This document shows, one piece after another, positions 52,413 through 61,902 of a stretch of 64,000 nucleotides of DNA (position 1 is its first letter; every line of letters starts with the position of its first letter). A model generated the notes under the pieces. It was not told the origin of the DNA. It did not search any database and was given only the letters and a program-made list of their open reading frames with translations. The translations under genes and the position numbers were made by a program. The DNA comes from an archaeon (GTDB taxonomy: Archaea > Nanobdellota > Nanobdellia > Pacearchaeales > GW2011-AR1): NCBI GenBank assembly GCA_018697035.1, contig JABHSE010000004.1, forward strand, positions 259,300-323,299, in the 5' to 3' direction.

Positions 52413-54356
52413 TTAAGCCATCGGAGCCCCGCCAAACCGCGACTGTCCTCCGGCCATTTGTCCTCCAAGCTCAACAGGCATCGTTGTAAACCCAGCACCG
52501 AAATAAGTATGATGCGTCTGCGGATTCAAATTCCCATACCCACCAAAATAGTTACCCTGAAGATTAAAGGCCTGATCCCAGGTAGGACCATTCTTCATGC
52601 CATAAATACCAGAACCAAACGCAGCCAATGTCATAGAATGAGGAGCGACCTTAAAATGCTGAATCATCGAAGGCGCTTCAACAATCTTCCTCATCTCATC
52701 AAATCTCCCAGTTTTCTCCAACTCTTCTAGAATAGCCTTAATCGGAACGTTCCCCATACCAGGTGCCAAGTGTGTATCAGCATAACCAAAATTATCCGTC
52801 AAATGAATATGTTTAACCATCGACTTATCCTTCGAAATAATCTTCGTCTGCTCCACAACATCTTTCTCGGTAAATCCCTTCTTCCTCATAACATTCAAAT
52901 GCCCAACATCCCAAGTTACACCTAACTTATCCTCAGCCAACTTCTTCGCCTTACTCTTACTAACACCCTTATCAATCAAATGCTCCACAAAATTTTCTCT
53001 AGACTTCTCAACCAAATCCTTCATATCCTCAGCCCGCGAAAAGGCCATACCCTGAAACATATTCTCAACAGCCAAAACCGGCGCTTTATCCCCAAACTTA
53101 TCATAACTCCGCGCAGCCAAATTCCCAAAAGTCTTCGCAGCTTTCTCTTTCGCAAAATCCTCTCCCATCTTCCAAACCCCAGGTGTATCACGCCTAGTAA
53201 TCTTCTGCAACTCCTGAATAGACTTATCAATAAGCAACTGCTTCTGCACCGGAGCAAAAATGCCCATAACATTCTGATCTCTAGAAATAGGGACAACGTC
53301 ATGTATCCCCTCCGAAGCCTCAGAATAATTCTCAGATAACTTCTTCAATTTCTTCTTCTGCTCAGGAGTCCCATACTTATACGCTTGCCCAAAAGCCGAA
53401 ATAAACGACAACTCTGCATTCTCCATAAAAAGACTAGCCTTCCTCATCTTCTCATAAGCCCCAACTTGCCCACTATCAGAATCCAACTCCCCAACCTTCT
53501 CCCACGATCTACCTCCATCAATAGGCTTAACAATATGGTTAGTCCCCTCTTTGATAAACATATTCTCATACTCCCCCAAATTTATAGGCGCACTCCCAAT
53601 AATCTCATTAACATGCTTACTCATCTGTGCAACCTCAGTCAATTTATTCGACCACTCTCCATTATTCATAGCTTCAATACTTCCCTCCGCACTAAACAAC
53701 TTCCCAGCCTCACGTCCTTTAATGTGCCGAACCACAGGACGACCATCCGGACCTCTCTCAATAACCCCACCCTTCTCCAACAACTCCGGCATCTCCGGCC
53801 GAAACTTAAACTCCCTCTTAATCGGCTGAGCTTGCCCTGTATCTTGATTAATAGCCGTAGTTCTTTCTATCACATACTTCTTCTCCCCTAATTTCTCATC
53901 ACCAGGCCTCCATTCAGTCCCAGGCGCACCATTAGATGCATGCAAAACAATAGGCAAATTACCACTAGGATCCAAACCTTGCGCTTTCTCAATCGCACCA
54001 AACAGCCTCCTCTCGTTATCCGCTCTACCATCAGCAGTCCAACCCTGCTCCCCAAACCCAGCCGCATCAATAATAGGCGCATGCACAGAAGGCTTAATCC
54101 CAGTCAGTTTCATTAAGGCCCTCATCTCATCAAAATGCTGCCTAGGAATAGTCTCCGAAGCATTAGCATCCACCATAGTCACCTCGAAAGTCTTAGCTCC
54201 GTGCTTAACTGCATTAACAGTTTCTCCTAACTGATTAGCAGTTTGCGCCGATCCAGGAAAACCTAACTGCGAACCGCTCATTTTAAATCCAATACTATAT
54301 TCAGAATCAAAAGAAGAACCCCCTCCACTATAAAACCCTTCATAACTTTCAGCCAT
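52413..54356 (-). CDS. large xylose-isomerase-like TIM-barrel (AP endonuclease 2 superfamily) protein with a long insertion and Gly-rich termini
   Basis: SVHAP, IVLHAS, LAVENM, WDVGHLN and VKHIHLTDN..D.H are spaced like TIM-barrel metal ligands. SD GAGGTGAT 3 nt before the ATG. Confidence 0.5.
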   Translation of the reverse strand: MAESYEGFYSGGGSSFDSEYSIGFKMSGSQLGFPGSAQTANQLGETVNAVKHGAKTFEVTMVDANASETIPRQHFDEMRALMKLTGIKPSVHAPIIDAAGFGEQGWTADGRADNERRLFGAIEKAQGLDPSGNLPIVLHASNGAPGTEWRPGDEKLGEKKYVIERTTAINQDTGQAQPIKREFKFRPEMPELLEKGGVIERGPDGRPVVRHIKGREAGKLFSAEGSIEAMNNGEWSNKLTEVAQMSKHVNEIIGSAPINLGEYENMFIKEGTNHIVKPIDGGRSWEKVGELDSDSGQVGAYEKMRKASLFMENAELSFISAFGQAYKYGTPEQKKKLKKLSENYSEASEGIHDVVPISRDQNVMGIFAPVQKQLLIDKSIQELQKITRRDTPGVWKMGEDFAKEKAAKTFGNLAARSYDKFGDKAPVLAVENMFQGMAFSRAEDMKDLVEKSRENFVEHLIDKGVSKSKAKKLAEDKLGVTWDVGHLNVMRKKGFTEKDVVEQTKIISKDKSMVKHIHLTDNFGYADTHLAPGMGNVPIKAILEELEKTGRFDEMRKIVEAPSMIQHFKVAPHSMTLAAFGSGIYGMKNGPTWDQAFNLQGNYFGGYGNLNPQTHHTYFGAGFTTMPVELGGQMAGGQSRFGGAPMA

Positions 54357-54403
54357 ATAATCACCTCAACATATTAAACAAAATCATTATATAAAATTAC
54401 CCA

Positions 54404-54982
54404 TCACCAAGTCGCCTTCCTCTTCTTATCACGCCGACTCTCAGCCTCGACATCGACAAAACCAGCAACCTCCAGCATAGACTTCCCACGCCGACTCTCA
54501 GCCTCAACATCTACAAAACCCTTACCAACATCTTGCTCCACCGAACTCTCATAATCCGACTTCACATCATCAACATCAACACCTTTGTCCTCATACATCT
54601 TAGAATCATATAACTCCCCAACACCGGCACTCGCCTTATAGAAATCATCACCATCCTTCTTCTGTTCATCAATACCACCAACAGTTTCCTCTAAACCCAA
54701 ACTCGGAGCAAGAAAAACCTCATCAACTTCCGACCCAGCATCATCATTAGAAACATCCCCAAGCCTCAGAGCCTCATCATCAACCTTCTCAACCTCATAA
54801 TCATTCTTGAACCCAACTTTAAACTCTTCAAATTCAGTCTCGCCAAAAACATCCTTATCATCAGAAACCGCATCACTCACCTTCTCAATCAAACCCTTCT
54901 CAAGGACAACAATAGAATCATCATCTACAACAATACGCGGCAAATCTTCAGCCTCAAGCGACCCATCTTCTTTCTCGCCCAT
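54404..54982 (-). CDS. acidic (D/E-rich) hypothetical protein with a basic C-terminal tail
   Basis: ORF with a TATA box ~20 nt upstream. It contains an internal 19-aa tandem duplication, GFVDVEAESRR. Confidence 0.5.
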   Translation of the reverse strand: MGEKEDGSLEAEDLPRIVVDDDSIVVLEKGLIEKVSDAVSDDKDVFGETEFEEFKVGFKNDYEVEKVDDEALRLGDVSNDDAGSEVDEVFLAPSLGLEETVGGIDEQKKDGDDFYKASAGVGELYDSKMYEDKGVDVDDVKSDYESSVEQDVGKGFVDVEAESRRGKSMLEVAGFVDVEAESRRDKKRKATW

Positions 54983-55020
54983 AACAAATCAAAGAAAACA
55001 AACTTTATCTATTTTGCCTT

Positions 55021-55617
55021 TTACAAAATACTAGCACCACGACGTCGGGTTTTCTTTTTCACAGAAATACCTTCCAATCCAGACCTCACTTCTCGCCGCT
55101 TACCTTTCTTTTTTTTCTGCCCCTCAATATTATAAACAGCCCCACCACTATTCTTTTTTTGACCGACAACAGCACCATTATACAAAGAACTATCAGGACC
55201 AGTATTATATACATCACCAGGACCTTTTCCTCCTTGTCCAGAAGCTCCGTATAAATCGAAACTACCTGAAACTGTACCATACAAATCACCACCAGAGCTC
55301 TCTTCCGTCACATCATAAGAAAACTCATCACCACCAAAATCATCATCATCCCCAAACTCTTCAACTTCCTCCCAATCCACCGACTCTTCCAAACTCTCGC
55401 TCCCCCAATTCTCAATAACATCACCCCTAGCCAACATTGTATCACCAATCGAAAACTCCTTCTCTTCCTTCTCCTCAACCTCCTCATCTTCAGAAACAAA
55501 ATCTTGCCTCTCCCAAATACCTTCACCTACCGATTCTTTATTCTCAATTTCCGAATCCCCAGCATCGCTAACCTCACGAACTCCATTATCTAGCTCACGA
55601 ATTTCTTTAACACTCAT
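55021..55617 (-). CDS. acidic hypothetical protein with a K/R-rich C-terminal tail
   Basis: ORF with a TATA box ~19 nt upstream. Its composition parallels 54404-54982. Confidence 0.5.
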   Translation of the reverse strand: MSVKEIRELDNGVREVSDAGDSEIENKESVGEGIWERQDFVSEDEEVEEKEEKEFSIGDTMLARGDVIENWGSESLEESVDWEEVEEFGDDDDFGGDEFSYDVTEESSGGDLYGTVSGSFDLYGASGQGGKGPGDVYNTGPDSSLYNGAVVGQKKNSGGAVYNIEGQKKKKGKRREVRSGLEGISVKKKTRRRGASIL

Positions 55618-55658
55618 AATAGAAAACCCAAAACAACATTTAACTATCTTACTAATCG

Positions 55659-57209
55659 TTAATCCCCTCGTCCCTTAAATGCATCCGTAAACCCAACATC
55701 TCCACCCTCAGATAAACTCTCAGCCGCTTCATCATCATGATTATCAAAACCAAGACCAGGAGATGAGGCCATCCTATGCGCCTTCTTGTAAATATCATAA
55801 ATAAGATAAAGAGTATCGGCCGCTCCAGAAACAGCAGCCCCCCTCATCGTACCCTCAACATAATTATCTTTCTTAATCTCCTCCGCCATCAAAAACTCGC
55901 CATCCTTCTTCTTCTTAATTTTACTTTTCCCAAACAAACCAAACAAAGCCGCAAAAGGATTAATATCCTGCGAAGCTGATTCCTGATTCTTGACTCCCAA
56001 CTCCTTCTCTCGTTCATCCTTACTTTTTAAAAAATAATCCAAATCCTCTTTCAACTCCCTTAACGCATCTCCAGCAACATCCAAAGAAAATTCCATGCTC
56101 TTCTCCAACTCATCCTTCTCTAACAACTTCTTCGCAGCAGTCAACTCCTCATCATTCAAAGCATAAGCATCAAAATACATATCAACATTACCCCCCATCC
56201 CAAAACCATAGTCCCCCTTCTGCGTCACCCTCTGCGAAACATGCCCACGATACTTAAACGTAATAATCACAACTTGATTATATTTCCTCTTAGGCTCATA
56301 CCCCTCAAATCTATCTTCATCTGGACTAACAGGCTTAACCCCCAACAACTGCAACTCAAACATAGTCGTCGAAAACGCATTAACAAGAGCCGCATTTTTC
56401 TCAAACCCCTGCTGCTTCAACTTCTCCGCCGCAACAATATAAGGCTTCATCCACTGAGAATATAACTTCACCGTCTCAACCTGCGACTTCAAATAATTCT
56501 TCTCAATACTAAACCGCTTCCGCAACTCAGCCTCCGAATACTCAACCCATTTCAAAAACTCACTAATCCTAGGCAACAAAATCCTCATAACAGAATCGTT
56601 AATCAAGCCAGACCCACCCTCTTTCTTATCCTCACTATTCATCCTCTTAACATCCTCATGCGAATTCGCAATCATAAAAGCCTCACGTAAAGTCGAAAAC
56701 CCCATTTCAGCCGAGGCCATCTGATGAATCGCTCCGCGCCCCTTCTTCATATCAACATTATCCAACCAAATTTGTTTCAACGCCAACATCCCTTCTTCTT
56801 TCTTCTGCTTATCTTTCTTATCATTCGCATCATCATAGTGCTCCAACCTCAATTCAAACTCCTTCAAATCATAAATCAAATTCAAAATAGATTTAATCAA
56901 CTGATTCATATCCCCAGACATCTTAACAGCCTTATCCTGCATAATCGAAGACTTCTGATTCATCTCACTAAACTGCCCCGACCCCGGGCTCGCCATAAAA
57001 TTATCAACAATCTTCTCCATGTTCGTCCAACCAATCTGCGATGCAAAATCCAAAATCCAATAATAAATCGGCTCCAACTGATTCTGCTGGGAATCAAAGC
57101 TCAAAATATGCGACGAAACCTTAGCCCCATCATTCAACCCCATAGCTCTCAGGTTATTCTTAGATTTCGACATAACCTCACCTATCGCCCACTTTAAATC
57201 ATTCTCCAT
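55659..57209 (-). CDS. hypothetical protein (516 aa)
   Basis: The ATG at 57209 lies 20 nt after GATTTATATAT. No family recognised. Confidence 0.6.
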   Translation of the reverse strand: MENDLKWAIGEVMSKSKNNLRAMGLNDGAKVSSHILSFDSQQNQLEPIYYWILDFASQIGWTNMEKIVDNFMASPGSGQFSEMNQKSSIMQDKAVKMSGDMNQLIKSILNLIYDLKEFELRLEHYDDANDKKDKQKKEEGMLALKQIWLDNVDMKKGRGAIHQMASAEMGFSTLREAFMIANSHEDVKRMNSEDKKEGGSGLINDSVMRILLPRISEFLKWVEYSEAELRKRFSIEKNYLKSQVETVKLYSQWMKPYIVAAEKLKQQGFEKNAALVNAFSTTMFELQLLGVKPVSPDEDRFEGYEPKRKYNQVVIITFKYRGHVSQRVTQKGDYGFGMGGNVDMYFDAYALNDEELTAAKKLLEKDELEKSMEFSLDVAGDALRELKEDLDYFLKSKDEREKELGVKNQESASQDINPFAALFGLFGKSKIKKKKDGEFLMAEEIKKDNYVEGTMRGAAVSGAADTLYLIYDIYKKAHRMASSPGLGFDNHDDEAAESLSEGGDVGFTDAFKGRGD

Positions 57210-57312
57210 ACTAAGAACTAGAATCAAGAATATATAAATCTTAGGCACACCAGGTCATATCACCCAAAACCCAACCCAAAATACTTTAATACTAACAACC
57301 CCTAAATATAAC

Positions 57313-57726
57313 ATGTTATTTGGTAAAAAGAAAAAGGGTATGGTAGACCTCCGAGAGCTCCAAAAACGAGGCGTAGTCCGAATCCCGACAAAAAAAATAT
57401 CAATCCCGGCAGATAACGAAGGCTTCGTAGAATTAGGCAATACTCCCAATTCCCAACTCGGGCCTAATAGGGTCATGTCCACAGAGGAACCAACTCCCAA
57501 CTCTTCAAAAAGCAACACCGACTTCTTCGGATTCATAGACACTCCCGCAACAGACCAAACAGACAATTTCTCAACCGAATCAGACGGCTACAACAAACGA
57601 GAAGTCGACGCAAAAATCACAAATCTCGACAACAAAATTTACAAACTAGAACAAAGAATCGAACTCTTAGAAAAAAAACTAGATGTTAATCAATCAACAA
57701 GTAACGTAGGAGCAATGGGATGGTAA
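57313..57726 (+). CDS. hypothetical protein with a C-terminal coiled coil
   Basis: 137-aa ORF with a TATA box ~24 nt upstream. It overlaps the gltX start by 7 nt. Confidence 0.5.
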   Translation: MLFGKKKKGMVDLRELQKRGVVRIPTKKISIPADNEGFVELGNTPNSQLGPNRVMSTEEPTPNSSKSNTDFFGFIDTPATDQTDNFSTESDGYNKREVDAKITNLDNKIYKLEQRIELLEKKLDVNQSTSNVGAMGW

Positions 57727-59402
57727 AAATTTCCAAAGAAACAATCAAAGCCTACGCTCTAGAGAACGCAATCAAACACAAAGGCAAAGCATCACAAGGA
57801 GCAGTCCTAGCAGGTCTCTTCGCAGAAGGTTTAGAAAAATCCGAAATCAAAAATATGATACCCAAAATCCAACAGGTCCTAAAAAAAATAAACACCATGT
57901 CCGTAGAGCAACAACAGAAAGAATTCGAAAAAATAGATTCTAAAACATCCAAAAGAGAAATTAGAGAAGGGCTAAAGGAATTACCAAACGTAAAAGAAGG
58001 GAAAGTCATAATGAGATTAGCTCCCTTCCCGTCAGGACCTCTCCATATCGGAAACGCCAGAAATATGATTCTAAATGATGAATACGCAAAAATGTACAAC
58101 GGAAAATTATTATTATTTTTCGACGACACAATAGGTTCAGCGAATAAAAGAATAGAGCCAGAATCGTACGAATTAATCAAAGAAGGATTAGATTGGCTTG
58201 AAATAAACTACCATAAAAAAATAATATACAAATCAGATAGAACCAAGAAATACTACGAATATGCAGAAGAACTCCTAAAAAAAGGATACCTCTATGTCTG
58301 CCACTGCGACCAAGAAAAAATGCAAGACCTAAAAGCAAAAGGTATCGAATGCTCCTGTAGAAAATTCCCCCCAATGAAACAACTAACAAGGTGGAAAGAA
58401 ATGTTCACAGCCAAAATGGGTTCAATGACAGTCCGACTAAAAACTTCAATGCAAGATTCAGATCCAGCATTCCGAGATAGAGTCATGTTCAAAATATCAG
58501 ACTTCCCTCACCCAAAAACAAAAAACAAATTCAGAGTCTATCCTTCAATGGAATTCTCATGGGGAATCGACGACCACATCTTCGGCTCAACCCACATCCT
58601 AAGAGGAACCGACCATCAAATGTCAACCCGAGTCCAAGACTTCATAAGAGAAATATTCAAATGGCAAAACCCTGAATCATTTTACAACGGCCAATGCGAA
58701 ATCAAAGGTGTCAAAATATCAAAATCAAAAGGCACCCAAAAAATAAAATCCGGCGAGTACACAGGATGGAACGACCCCCGAACATGGTCACTACAAAGCC
58801 TTCGAGACAGAGGATTCAAACCCGAAGCAATCCGACAATTCATCCTAGCACTAAGCATCAAAAAAGCAAACATCACAACACCAGTAGAAGCTCTCTATAT
58901 CCTAAACAAAAAACTAATCGGAGACGCCCCAAGATACTTCTTCATAGAAAACCCACAAAAAATCACAATCAAGGGATGCCCTCATCTAACGGCGAAAATC
59001 CCTCGACACCCAAATAACAAATTAGGAAACAGAAAGCTAAAAACAACTCAGGAATTCTTAATATCTGAAAACGACTTCAATATAATGAACAATCAAGACT
59101 ATCGCCTAATGCATCTACTAACATTAAAATCAAGTAAAACAGGACTAAACCCCAGGGACTTTTCCTTTATATCAGAAGAACCACCAACCACAAAAACCAA
59201 ATTCCTACACTGGCTTCCAACATCCCCAAGCAATATTCATATACAGGTTGTAATGCCAGATGGAGAAATAAAAAAAGGATTAGGCGAATATGAATTAGAA
59301 AAATTAAAAGTAGGCAACATTATTCAATTCGAAAGGTTTGGATTTTGCAAATTACATAAAAAAGAAAAAGAAAAATTAGAATTCTGGTTTGCACATAATT
59401 AA
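57720..59402 (+). CDS. gltX: glutamyl-tRNA synthetase (archaeal/eukaryotic type) with an N-terminal GatB/YqeY-like appended domain
   Basis: PSGPLHIGNARN (HIGH) and VKISKSKG (KMSKS-like). The N-terminus KAYALENAIKHKGKASQGAVLAGLF is YqeY-like. Confidence 0.85.
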   Translation: MVKISKETIKAYALENAIKHKGKASQGAVLAGLFAEGLEKSEIKNMIPKIQQVLKKINTMSVEQQQKEFEKIDSKTSKREIREGLKELPNVKEGKVIMRLAPFPSGPLHIGNARNMILNDEYAKMYNGKLLLFFDDTIGSANKRIEPESYELIKEGLDWLEINYHKKIIYKSDRTKKYYEYAEELLKKGYLYVCHCDQEKMQDLKAKGIECSCRKFPPMKQLTRWKEMFTAKMGSMTVRLKTSMQDSDPAFRDRVMFKISDFPHPKTKNKFRVYPSMEFSWGIDDHIFGSTHILRGTDHQMSTRVQDFIREIFKWQNPESFYNGQCEIKGVKISKSKGTQKIKSGEYTGWNDPRTWSLQSLRDRGFKPEAIRQFILALSIKKANITTPVEALYILNKKLIGDAPRYFFIENPQKITIKGCPHLTAKIPRHPNNKLGNRKLKTTQEFLISENDFNIMNNQDYRLMHLLTLKSSKTGLNPRDFSFISEEPPTTKTKFLHWLPTSPSNIHIQVVMPDGEIKKGLGEYELEKLKVGNIIQFERFGFCKLHKKEKEKLEFWFAHN

Positions 59403-59602
59403 ATATTTTTATTCCGCAACCAAAACAAAATTCCCACAACACCAACAAACAAAACTCCAGTCAAAACATACCATCCAAAATTACTCTCTGGCTCAGGAAA
59501 CAAAAACAAAACAACAATCCCCACAATCACCACAACCGGAATCAACCTATCAACACTCTCGCCAACATTATTCAGAAACCCACCTCTACTAATCCATTTC
59601 AT
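59399..59602 (-). CDS. small two-TM membrane protein
   Basis: Start moved to the ATG at 59602 (MKWISRGG). The track N-terminus overlaps structured element Y. Confidence 0.4.
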   Translation of the reverse strand: MKWISRGGFLNNVGESVDRLIPVVVIVGIVVLFLFPEPESNFGWYVLTGVLFVGVVGILFWLRNKNI

Positions 59603-59653
59603 AAATATAAAAATTATCCAATCCTTAAAAATATTACTTTTCCAAACATTTTC

Positions 59654-59744
59654 AATTCTTAGCAGGTTTAGACGAGGCGAATAGTTCCGAAGTGTGCAAG
59701 CGCACATAAGGGTTTATTCAACGAAGTATAAACCGCTAAGAATT
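59654..59744. ncRNA. 91-nt structured hairpin element Y (homolog of 52317-52407)
   Basis: Same architecture as X, with compensatory helix changes. Confidence 0.45.
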
Positions 59745-59752
59745 AAAAATAA

Positions 59753-60151
59753 TCAACAACAATATAACTTATCCCTATCAATCTTCCCTTTCCCAAACGG
59801 ACTCCCCGTCTTCCTAATATTTGCAACCATCTCCTCATTCCCCTTCAAACCCTTCCCCATCAAAACCATAGCCTGCCTACATTTAAGCACCCCATCACAA
59901 ACCCAAATATTCAACGGACACGAAACACTGCAAGCCCGACACATATTACATTCAAATATAATCTTGTCCTGTACCTTAGCCGACAACAAATCCCCATGCC
60001 CTCTAGGCGAATACTGCTCCTCCCTCAAAACCCGAAACACTCCACACCGAGCCTTACACATCCCACACTGAACACAACTATCAAAAACCTCCGCAGCTTC
60101 CTCCATAAGATTACCCGCTTCAATCCTCGCAGCCTTACTAATTTTTGCCAT
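59753..60151 (-). CDS. 2x[4Fe-4S] ferredoxin-type iron-sulfur protein (GlcF/HdrC-like)
   Basis: CVQCGMCKARC and CNMCRACSVSCP cluster motifs. Start at the ATG at 60151. Confidence 0.7.
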   Translation of the reverse strand: MAKISKAARIEAGNLMEEAAEVFDSCVQCGMCKARCGVFRVLREEQYSPRGHGDLLSAKVQDKIIFECNMCRACSVSCPLNIWVCDGVLKCRQAMVLMGKGLKGNEEMVANIRKTGSPFGKGKIDRDKLYCC

Positions 60152-60224
60152 TATTTCATTAATATATATTGGTACTCTTTGAGAGCAGCCATATAAATAA
60201 AACAACTTAACACTACTTAAAAAT

Positions 60225-61043
60225 TTATATCCTCAACCCTTCACTTTTCCGCCCCCGAAAAACCAAAACCTCACTACACCCAATCTCTCGCAACATCTCA
60301 AAAGCCTGATCAATACCCATATCCAAACTACCATGTTTTAACTTATGAAAATCATTCCCAACTGTTACGCCAATTCCCATATCAACTGCCTTCTCAATAA
60401 TCCACCTCTGAGGAAACTGCTCACCCAAAATACCCCACCCTGCACAATTAAACTCTAAAGCAATGCCTTTACTTTCCATCAACTTCAACAAATCCAAAAC
60501 CTCCTCACGATACCAATCATTATCCAAGACCTCATTCCCTTCCAACCTCTCCCGAAAAACATCCAAATGTGCAACACAATCAATTAACCCGAACTCGATC
60601 ATTTTACGAATCTCCTTGAGATATAATTCAATAAAAGCCCTCTCTCCTCCGAAAACCTCCAATCCGCCTTTAGGAAAATGTGGCCTATTCATTCGACCAG
60701 TAGCATCTCGCAACCAATGAACCGACCCCAAAACAAAATCATAGTTACGATCTCCAAGTTCTTCGACAAACCATTTCTCATATCCCTCCAACCAATCCAA
60801 CTCAACTCCAATCAAAACCTTAACCTTACCAAAAAACTCCCGCCTTAATAAATTCAATTCCTCATAATATGAATCCAAATGCTTCCTCTCATCCCTATAA
60901 TCATTAACATCTTTTGGCATCCTAAAGTGATCCGTAAAACAAATATGCGTCAACCCCTCATCAACAGCCATCTCAACAATCTCCCTCGGCTCAAGCTCCC
61001 CATCGCTCTCCGTACTATGAACATGACAATTAACTCTTACCAT
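60225..61043 (-). CDS. PHP-domain (histidinol-phosphatase family) metal-dependent phosphoesterase
   Basis: N-terminal NCHVHSTESDG plus later H/D/E ligands. Start at the ATG at 61043. Confidence 0.75.
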   Translation of the reverse strand: MVRVNCHVHSTESDGELEPREIVEMAVDEGLTHICFTDHFRMPKDVNDYRDERKHLDSYYEELNLLRREFFGKVKVLIGVELDWLEGYEKWFVEELGDRNYDFVLGSVHWLRDATGRMNRPHFPKGGLEVFGGERAFIELYLKEIRKMIEFGLIDCVAHLDVFRERLEGNEVLDNDWYREEVLDLLKLMESKGIALEFNCAGWGILGEQFPQRWIIEKAVDMGIGVTVGNDFHKLKHGSLDMGIDQAFEMLREIGCSEVLVFRGRKSEGLRI

Positions 61044-61093
61044 ACTAACAAAAACAAACAACCCTACTTAAAATTTTATATATTCAAGCCCAA

Positions 61094-61297
61094 CTAATCA
61101 TCCAAAACAGGTTCTTCCAAAGTATAGCAAATCTTATCCTTAGAAGCATAAATCTCTGCAATCTTCAACTTGTCATCCTCGGGCAAATCATCAATAATAT
61201 CTCCCAAAAGCCGCCTAAGTCCACCAATAGTTTGGATATCACCAATAGAATAATCGGCACCACCAAGAAGCTTCTGATAGTATTTTTTTACTTCCAT
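61094..61297 (-). CDS. small hypothetical protein
   Basis: 67-aa ORF with GGGAG ~9 nt upstream. Confidence 0.4.
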   Translation of the reverse strand: MEVKKYYQKLLGGADYSIGDIQTIGGLRRLLGDIIDDLPEDDKLKIAEIYASKDKICYTLEEPVLDD

Positions 61298-61406
61298 ACA
61301 CTAAGCTCCCAAGAGGAACAAACACAAAGTTCAATCATAAAAACAACTTCTCCATTATAAAAGATAAAACAAAGATTCTTATTTAAAATTTTAGGTGATT
61401 AATAAA

Positions 61407-61440
61407 ATCCGTGAGAATCCATGCAATCCGTGAATTAATT
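61407..61440. repeat. 34-nt block of three 9-nt ATCCGTG-containing units, copy A
   Basis: ATCCGTGAGAATCCATGCAATCCGTGAATTAATT. 32 of 34 nt match 61866-61899. Confidence 0.65.
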
Positions 61441-61833
61441 TCCCTTCTTCTCTAAATATTTCTTTAGCCCATTATCATAAATCTTCCTCTTAACCTGAGC
61501 TTTTTCTCCAAAATTTAAAAGCAAACCAACTTCCTTATCGGTCGCAGTCAAATAATTCAACAACTGATTCTCTTCCTTCCCAGAAAACTCAATAATAGCT
61601 TTAATCTCCACAATGATTTTTCCTTCAACAACAAAATCTGCAATATAATCTCCAACAACATCACCCTCGTAAAGAACCTTGATTGGAACCTGATTCTCGT
61701 ACAACAATCCCACCTTCCTAAATTCAATCATCAAAGCATTTTCATAAACTCTTTCCATAAACCCGTAACCCAGAGTATTATAAACAGAATAAAAGGCCTT
61801 AATTATCTTCTCACTAATCTCCTCATATTTCAT
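61435..61833 (-). CDS. GxxExxY family protein (PD-(D/E)XK nuclease-like fold)
   Basis: LGYGFMERVYENAL (GxxExxY) followed by ADFVVEGKIIVEIKA (D..E.K). Confidence 0.8.
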   Translation of the reverse strand: MKYEEISEKIIKAFYSVYNTLGYGFMERVYENALMIEFRKVGLLYENQVPIKVLYEGDVVGDYIADFVVEGKIIVEIKAIIEFSGKEENQLLNYLTATDKEVGLLLNFGEKAQVKRKIYDNGLKKYLEKKGN

Positions 61834-61865
61834 ACATCAAAACAATATAGGTAATATTTATACCT

Positions 61866-61899
61866 ATCCGTGAGAATCCGTGCAATCCGTGAACTAATT
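61866..61899. repeat. 34-nt block of three 9-nt units, copy B
   Basis: ATCCGTGAGAATCCGTGCAATCCGTGAACTAATT. Confidence 0.65.
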
Positions 61900-61902
61900 T
61901 TT

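Noticed and set aside
61407-61899. A CRISPR array, suggested by the short direct repeats here and the four-copy module at 25656, 35582, 46823 and 47244.
   Set aside because: The repeats are not regularly spaced with uniform short spacers. The units are 9-nt tandem motifs or lie kilobases apart. No cas genes are present in the window.
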